Positions 58,871-64,000 of a stretch of 64,000 nt of DNA are shown piece after piece (the stretch's first letter is position 1; each line of letters starts with the position of its first letter). Source of the DNA: Candidatus Omnitrophota bacterium (lineage in GTDB: Bacteria; Omnitrophota; Gorgyraeia; Zapsychrales; Fredricksoniimonadaceae). The stretch lies in assembly GCA_044225175.1 (NCBI GenBank), contig JBGAJA010000001.1, positions 742,711-806,710 on the forward strand, in the 5' to 3' direction. Under the pieces are notes generated by a model. It did no database searches. It saw only the letters and a program-made list of their open reading frames with translations, and was not told the origin of the DNA. The translations under genes and the position numbers were made by a program.

Positions 58871-60054
58871 AGCTCACCCTTTTTAAATAATTCTACTAGG
58901 GCAGCAACTGGCATTGGATTAAACTGGGCACCCTTGCAATTCTGAATCTCAATCATGGCCTGATCTTTACTCAAACCCTTACGATAGGAACGATCTGTTG
59001 TCATTGCATCAAAGGCATCGGCAACAGCAATGATCGAGGCAACTAAAGGTATTTCATCTCCCTTTAATCCTTCTGGATAACCTTTTCCATCATAACGCTC
59101 ATGATGATATTTAACTCCATTAATACACTCTTTGAAGCCTGTTAGAGGGGCCAAAATTTCTGCACCTCTGGTTGTATGGGTCTTCATGATTTCGTATTCT
59201 TCAGCAGTTAATTTGTCTTGTTTGCTTAAGATAGCTTCTGGTATGGCAATTTTTCCAATATCATGCAAGAGCCCAGAAATATAAAGATTTTCAAAAAACT
59301 TAGGCGGAAATTCAGATAATCCTGAAGCTTCCATTTGCCTGGCTATGGCTAAAGAATATTTAGTCACACGCTCCGTATGACCATGAATGTAGGCATCTTT
59401 GGCTTCGATGGCTGAAGCTAAGGCAATGGTTGTTTGAATGAAAAGATTGCGATTTCGCTCAGCTTCGCGTTTTAAATCTTCAAAAAGCTGGGCATTACGA
59501 ATGGCCATGGCCACATCAGAAGCTAAGGCTGAAAAGAAATCTAGCTCCTCCTGTTCAAATCTCTCCCCATCATATTTTGGTCCAAGAATTAAAATCGCCA
59601 TTAACGCATGCTGATGATAGGCTGGCACACAGGCAACCGCATTAAGCTTTGGCATGATCGTACTTACATCATGCAACAATTGTTTAGTCCCATTGCCGTT
59701 TGAAATAATACTTTCTTTCCAAAGCAATTTATTAATATCTTCACTTAAAATAGCATTACGGCCGGCAACCAAATATTTATGTTCCTTCTCTATAAAAAGA
59801 CGAATTAAAGGACTTTTTTTATCAAAACGTACAAAACCTTCAGGAATTTTTGATCCCGGCTGACCTTTAGAGATGGACATAATATAAACATCCTTTTGAG
59901 TGTCATGAAGAATCATGCCGGCATGCTCAAGATGGACTTTATGGACAATGGAACGGACAATAAGTTTAATGAGAAGTTTAGGGTCATGAATGAGAATCAT
60001 GCCCTTGGAAGCGGATTCAAGCTCTTTTTTATAGTCAATCTTAACTGAGGCCAT
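58867..60054 (-). CDS. GAF + HD-GYP cyclic-dinucleotide phosphodiesterase
   Basis: GAF (MAIRNAQLF), EAKD..GHTERV, LLHDIGK, HHERYDGKGYP, VADAFDAM. Confidence 0.92.
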   Translation of the reverse strand: MASVKIDYKKELESASKGMILIHDPKLLIKLIVRSIVHKVHLEHAGMILHDTQKDVYIMSISKGQPGSKIPEGFVRFDKKSPLIRLFIEKEHKYLVAGRNAILSEDINKLLWKESIISNGNGTKQLLHDVSTIMPKLNAVACVPAYHQHALMAILILGPKYDGERFEQEELDFFSALASDVAMAIRNAQLFEDLKREAERNRNLFIQTTIALASAIEAKDAYIHGHTERVTKYSLAIARQMEASGLSEFPPKFFENLYISGLLHDIGKIAIPEAILSKQDKLTAEEYEIMKTHTTRGAEILAPLTGFKECINGVKYHHERYDGKGYPEGLKGDEIPLVASIIAVADAFDAMTTDRSYRKGLSKDQAMIEIQNCKGAQFNPMPVAALVELFKKGEL

Positions 60055-60416
60055 TATTTTTTATTTAATTCAGATAGGACAATTTGTTCAAGCTCTTCAA
60101 GCACTAACGGTTTGTGGATAAACCCGACTACACCTAATGCTTTAGTTTCCTTAATAGTTTCTTCATCTTCAACACCGGAAACCATGATGATCTTTGTTGA
60201 TTGGTCTTTTTTTCGAAGCTCTTTGAGGACTTCCACACCAGTCATTTGCTCCATGCGCACATCTAATAACACTAAATCAGGCTTTTCCATCAAAATAATC
60301 TCCAAAGCTTCTGCTCCACCGCTTGCCGTAAAAACTTCAATATTTCGTTTCTTAAAATAACTTTTAGCAAATTCTCTGATGTCAATTTCATCATCTACAA
60401 TCAATAACTTAGACAT
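60054..60416 (-). CDS. Single-domain response regulator
   Basis: IVDDE, LLDVRM, HKPL; start trimmed to MSKLL. Confidence 0.92.
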   Translation of the reverse strand: MSKLLIVDDEIDIREFAKSYFKKRNIEVFTASGGAEALEIILMEKPDLVLLDVRMEQMTGVEVLKELRKKDQSTKIIMVSGVEDEETIKETKALGVVGFIHKPLVLEELEQIVLSELNKK

Positions 60417-62577
60417 TAGATTGACCTCCTTCAAAACTCAAAGGTAACAAAAGCTTCATTTGAGTTCCCTGCATGTATTTCGACGAGAACTCAACCTTCC
60501 CTTTGTGATTATCTTCAATGATCTTTCGAATCACATAAAGCCCCAATCCAGTTCCTTTTTTACTTGAAAGCTTAGTTGTAAAAAATGGCGTAAAAAGCTT
60601 GGTTGAATCTTCATCCTTGACTCCAATACCATTATCTTCAAAAATCATTTCAAGATTTTCACCTTGTATCTTGGCATAAATATTCAAAATAGGATGATAA
60701 CCTTCTTCTTTAAGATCATTCTTACGCTGCATCATCGCATCATAACCATTATCAATAAGATTAAAGAAGACTTCCTGAAGCTGCGTCGAATTCCCCTTAA
60801 CCTTTGGCAAAGTATTTATATCATACTTTCGAACCAATGACATTTGAGAAGTTTTAATTTTAAATTGCGCCATTTCATAAGCATTAGAAATAACCGCATC
60901 CACGTCAGTTGGAACAAAACCATCCTGACCCTTTCGAGTATATCTTAAAAGACCTTGAACAACTTCCCCACCCTGCTTCACATTATCCTGAACTCTATTA
61001 AACGCTCTTTCGAGATCTTTAAGAACATCTTTGATTTTATCCGTCATCTCTAGATGTTTAGACAAATTAATTGTATCCAAAGCATCCCCCGCAATAAATC
61101 CAAGCGCATGAAATCGATTATTAATCTGATGAGAAAGACCATCCGCCATGGTCCCAATAGTCGCCATCTTTTCAGCTTGAAAAAGCTGCTGTTGAGTAAT
61201 TTTCATATCTTCATAAAATTTAGCATTTTCAATAGCTAAAGCTGCTTGACTGGCAAGAATAGTAAATACAGCTAAATCATCTTCTGAAAAAAGTTTACCA
61301 CTTTCCTTTTTGCCCATAGCTACAAAAGCAAATAGCCGACTATCTATATAAATTGGAACTATTAAAGCCGCTTTTACTTCTTCAATCTCATTTTCAACTG
61401 AAGTCAACATAGGATCTTTATAATCCAAAGCTTTTTGTTTAATCTCTTCAAAAATAATAGAATTATGATGTTCCTTTAAATAAGATATCAAAAATGATTT
61501 TTCAGAAATTTGAGCAATAAAGGAACTCCGAGAACTTCGAAGCTTTAGTGCTCCTAGCTTATATATCTTCTTAGGTTCATCGTAAATATAAATAACACTA
61601 TGTTCCAGACGGACTGAACGGGTTAAAATAAATACAATTAAATTAAGTAATTTTTTTAAATCTTTAATTCTGCCCATACCTGCCGAGGCTTTTCGTAAGG
61701 TAGCTTGATATGATTTTTGTTCTTTAAGGAGTCGGTCTTCTGCACGTTTTTGGATGTAAAAATAAATAAATGGCCCCGCAACTGCAAACCAACCCATCAT
61801 ACCCATAGGTATTAGCCATAACCCTTTTCCTAACAATTGAAAGCCGACCCAAATTGGAATACCTAGAATTAAAGTATAAACAAAAATAAAAATAGCTACT
61901 CTCGTAACAACAATTTTAATATCTAAAACTTGATATCGGAAAAGAGCATATGTTTGTATTGCTGCATAAACACAAACAAAAAAATGCCAACCAGGATAAA
62001 AATTTATTCCATATGAAGGAATTGCCGTAGTTGCACCACTAACAAACCCTATCAACATCCCATAAATAAGATACTCACATTGTATACGTTTTAGCCCTTT
62101 TGAATTTATCCACTGTTGATATAAATGGACAAAAGCTTTTACAACGATAAGAATCCAAAGAAAGAAGAAAGAATTGAAAGCAATGTTCGCCTTGAAATAA
62201 TAAAATTGTCCAAATTTAAATTCTAAGTCATGTACAACTGTCGTCGTTAAAATGGAGGCAAGAAAAAACAAAGCACCATGTAAATGAGTCAAACGTAAGA
62301 ATAACTTATCTTTAAGGCCACAAAATTCATGGACAGTGTGATAGAAAAAAACTGCTATATAAGCAATACCACAAAAGGATATTTGCCAACTAAAAAAAGC
62401 GTCATTGTAATTACGAGAAACTCCAACTAAAAAAGTGCCAAAACCAAATACTGCAATAGCAGCATTCATAAAACCCCATACTAAATGTAATCTTCTTTTT
62501 GTATTTATGAAAATTATAAAAGCCAGCAAAGAACTGGCTATACCTAGTGATAAACTGGCTAAGACAAATAAATTCAT
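60409..62577 (-). CDS. 7TM + GAF histidine kinase 5
   Basis: Multi-TM N-terminus, GAF (LAIENAKFY), H box LSHQINNRF, DNGIG, GTGLGL. Confidence 0.9.
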   Translation of the reverse strand: MNLFVLASLSLGIASSLLAFIIFINTKRRLHLVWGFMNAAIAVFGFGTFLVGVSRNYNDAFFSWQISFCGIAYIAVFFYHTVHEFCGLKDKLFLRLTHLHGALFFLASILTTTVVHDLEFKFGQFYYFKANIAFNSFFFLWILIVVKAFVHLYQQWINSKGLKRIQCEYLIYGMLIGFVSGATTAIPSYGINFYPGWHFFVCVYAAIQTYALFRYQVLDIKIVVTRVAIFIFVYTLILGIPIWVGFQLLGKGLWLIPMGMMGWFAVAGPFIYFYIQKRAEDRLLKEQKSYQATLRKASAGMGRIKDLKKLLNLIVFILTRSVRLEHSVIYIYDEPKKIYKLGALKLRSSRSSFIAQISEKSFLISYLKEHHNSIIFEEIKQKALDYKDPMLTSVENEIEEVKAALIVPIYIDSRLFAFVAMGKKESGKLFSEDDLAVFTILASQAALAIENAKFYEDMKITQQQLFQAEKMATIGTMADGLSHQINNRFHALGFIAGDALDTINLSKHLEMTDKIKDVLKDLERAFNRVQDNVKQGGEVVQGLLRYTRKGQDGFVPTDVDAVISNAYEMAQFKIKTSQMSLVRKYDINTLPKVKGNSTQLQEVFFNLIDNGYDAMMQRKNDLKEEGYHPILNIYAKIQGENLEMIFEDNGIGVKDEDSTKLFTPFFTTKLSSKKGTGLGLYVIRKIIEDNHKGKVEFSSKYMQGTQMKLLLPLSFEGGQSNV

Positions 62578-64000
62578 ATTTTAAGATTTTGCATTAGTTT
62601 AATAAAATTAGTTGGTGTTTTTAAGGGTATGATTTCATTATTTAGAATTGAAACAAATAAAACCTTTTGTCTTGCAGAAGCAAGTTTCTTTATCTTTTTT
62701 CCTTTTTCTGTTTTACTAAATTCAAAATATACTTCCACTCCATTTTCAAAAACTCGATCAATAAACATTTCAACCAATATTTGATCAAAAGGAAAAGCTT
62801 CATTATAGAAATCGATAGAACAGTGAGAACAAAATATTTCTTTTTGCCCTGAATAGTCTTTGTAGAAATCTGGCGAACAAGAATGAAAATACTCATCAGA
62901 TAATTGACCAATCCACTTAGCAAAACTTGCAAAATAAATATTAGAAAGTAAATTTGAGTTTTCAAGAGTAGCAGTTACTAGCTTTTCAAAAACTTTGAAT
63001 TTATTTGGCAAATGAGATCTAAAGATACTTAATTCATCTCCTGAGTAAAAACTAAAGGGTTTGTTATCTTTTAAATTTGGCACCTTTACTCTAGTCGTCT
63101 TAGGACCCATTAAATTTACAAATTGATTCACATAAGATGGGTATTCATCGATCTCTGTTTTACCATCCTGATGGATTTTAATCCAAATTGTGTCCTGCCT
63201 ACAATCAGCTACTTTATATATTCTTTCCCTATTAATTACACTCCACTCATAGTACATATTCATAGTCGATTTCTTATCGCCTTTTACCCCATCCATCCAT
63301 AATTTACCTTCAAGAATATCTCCGATTTGGACCGGATTATAAACATCTAAACTAGTCATTTTAGTAACCATGGATGTTGTACCTATTTTTGCTGTATCTA
63401 AAAATTTCTTAGATATCGGAAAAATACTGTATTCCCTTAAAGTTCCACAAAAATCAAAGTAATTAGTAAAGTAAACATTCTTACTTAACAATTGATTATG
63501 TTTAAATGTTACTGGAAAGTGACATTTAAAAACTAATTGATCTTGAGGACCTTTATAATCAGCATCTACTCCACACAAATCCTTTAACGAAAAACCCAAA
63601 CTTTCAAGCGAATCAAAAGAAATCTTTTCTTGAAGATTTTTATTTTGTTGTTCAATTTTCTGAACATTAGCAATAAAGGTAACTATTTTTTTTCTACCTC
63701 TAGTTAATTCTATTATTCCTGATATGATTCTTTGCTCTTTTCCCAACAGTCTTGACAAAAACAAATAATTACCATTATGTGTTTTTTCATATGTGATTTC
63801 ATCTTGATCTTTTCCTAAAGCCTTATAAATAGTTTCAACAATCGACCAAGCGCATGTACCAGCAATATTAAGCTCTACTCCAATACTAAGTAATTGTTCT
63901 AATATTGATCTTGCTGTTACATTTAATAGCGCTTGCCAGACATCAATATCCCGTTCTTGAATATCTTCAATATCAATTCCTTGTACTGTATTTCCTAAAG
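62574..64000 (-). CDS. C-terminal part of a large protein, probably a PKSE-like type I PKS: PPTase-like segment plus two hot-dog thioesterase-like domains (5' end outside the window)
   Basis: The frame stays open from 63998 to the track ORF. It adds QGIDIEDIQERDIDVWQALL...AWSIVETIYKALG, followed by NVYFTNYF..CG..RE and NIYFASFAKWIG. Confidence 0.6.
   Translation of the reverse strand, partial: LGNTVQGIDIEDIQERDIDVWQALLNVTARSILEQLLSIGVELNIAGTCAWSIVETIYKALGKDQDEITYEKTHNGNYLFLSRLLGKEQRIISGIIELTRGRKKIVTFIANVQKIEQQNKNLQEKISFDSLESLGFSLKDLCGVDADYKGPQDQLVFKCHFPVTFKHNQLLSKNVYFTNYFDFCGTLREYSIFPISKKFLDTAKIGTTSMVTKMTSLDVYNPVQIGDILEGKLWMDGVKGDKKSTMNMYYEWSVINRERIYKVADCRQDTIWIKIHQDGKTEIDEYPSYVNQFVNLMGPKTTRVKVPNLKDNKPFSFYSGDELSIFRSHLPNKFKVFEKLVTATLENSNLLSNIYFASFAKWIGQLSDEYFHSCSPDFYKDYSGQKEIFCSHCSIDFYNEAFPFDQILVEMFIDRVFENGVEVYFEFSKTEKGKKIKKLASARQKVLFVSILNNEIIPLKTPTNFIKLMQNLKI

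Overview
An AT-rich bacterial chromosome segment, almost all on the minus strand. The lineage is most likely Candidatus Omnitrophota; this is inferred from the gene repertoire and protein families, not proven. The housekeeping backbone includes tRNA-Ser and tRNA-Arg, tadA, tsaD, ctpA, gatCAB, a shortened mfd with surA-pdxA-rsmA, secDF-yajC, rpsP, trpE, the his genes, alaS, recA-recX, rsmE and spoVG. Accessory material includes an intact IS1202-family element with a 15-bp target duplication, a Ku-LigD (NHEJ) stress cluster, a mobile-mystery Fic/HTH pair, a RelE/Phd toxin-antitoxin pair and a four-helix-bundle gene. At the right end is a signalling island: five 7TM histidine kinases, two receivers, a GAF/HD-GYP protein and the 3' end of a PKSE-like polyketide synthase. 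The most striking feature is a pair of paralogous secreted 'scaffold + cargo' proteins (2977 aa and 875 aa). They share a ~400-aa N-terminal domain and a C-terminal GG(I/V)D(F/L) domain, and carry unrelated central cargo delimited by DxAM-like motifs. Four homologous loops of the shared domain are filled in frame by palindromic DNA repeats from three families, and one of these families also occurs between genes. No CRISPR array or rRNA was seen. All calls come from reading the sequence; no searches were run.
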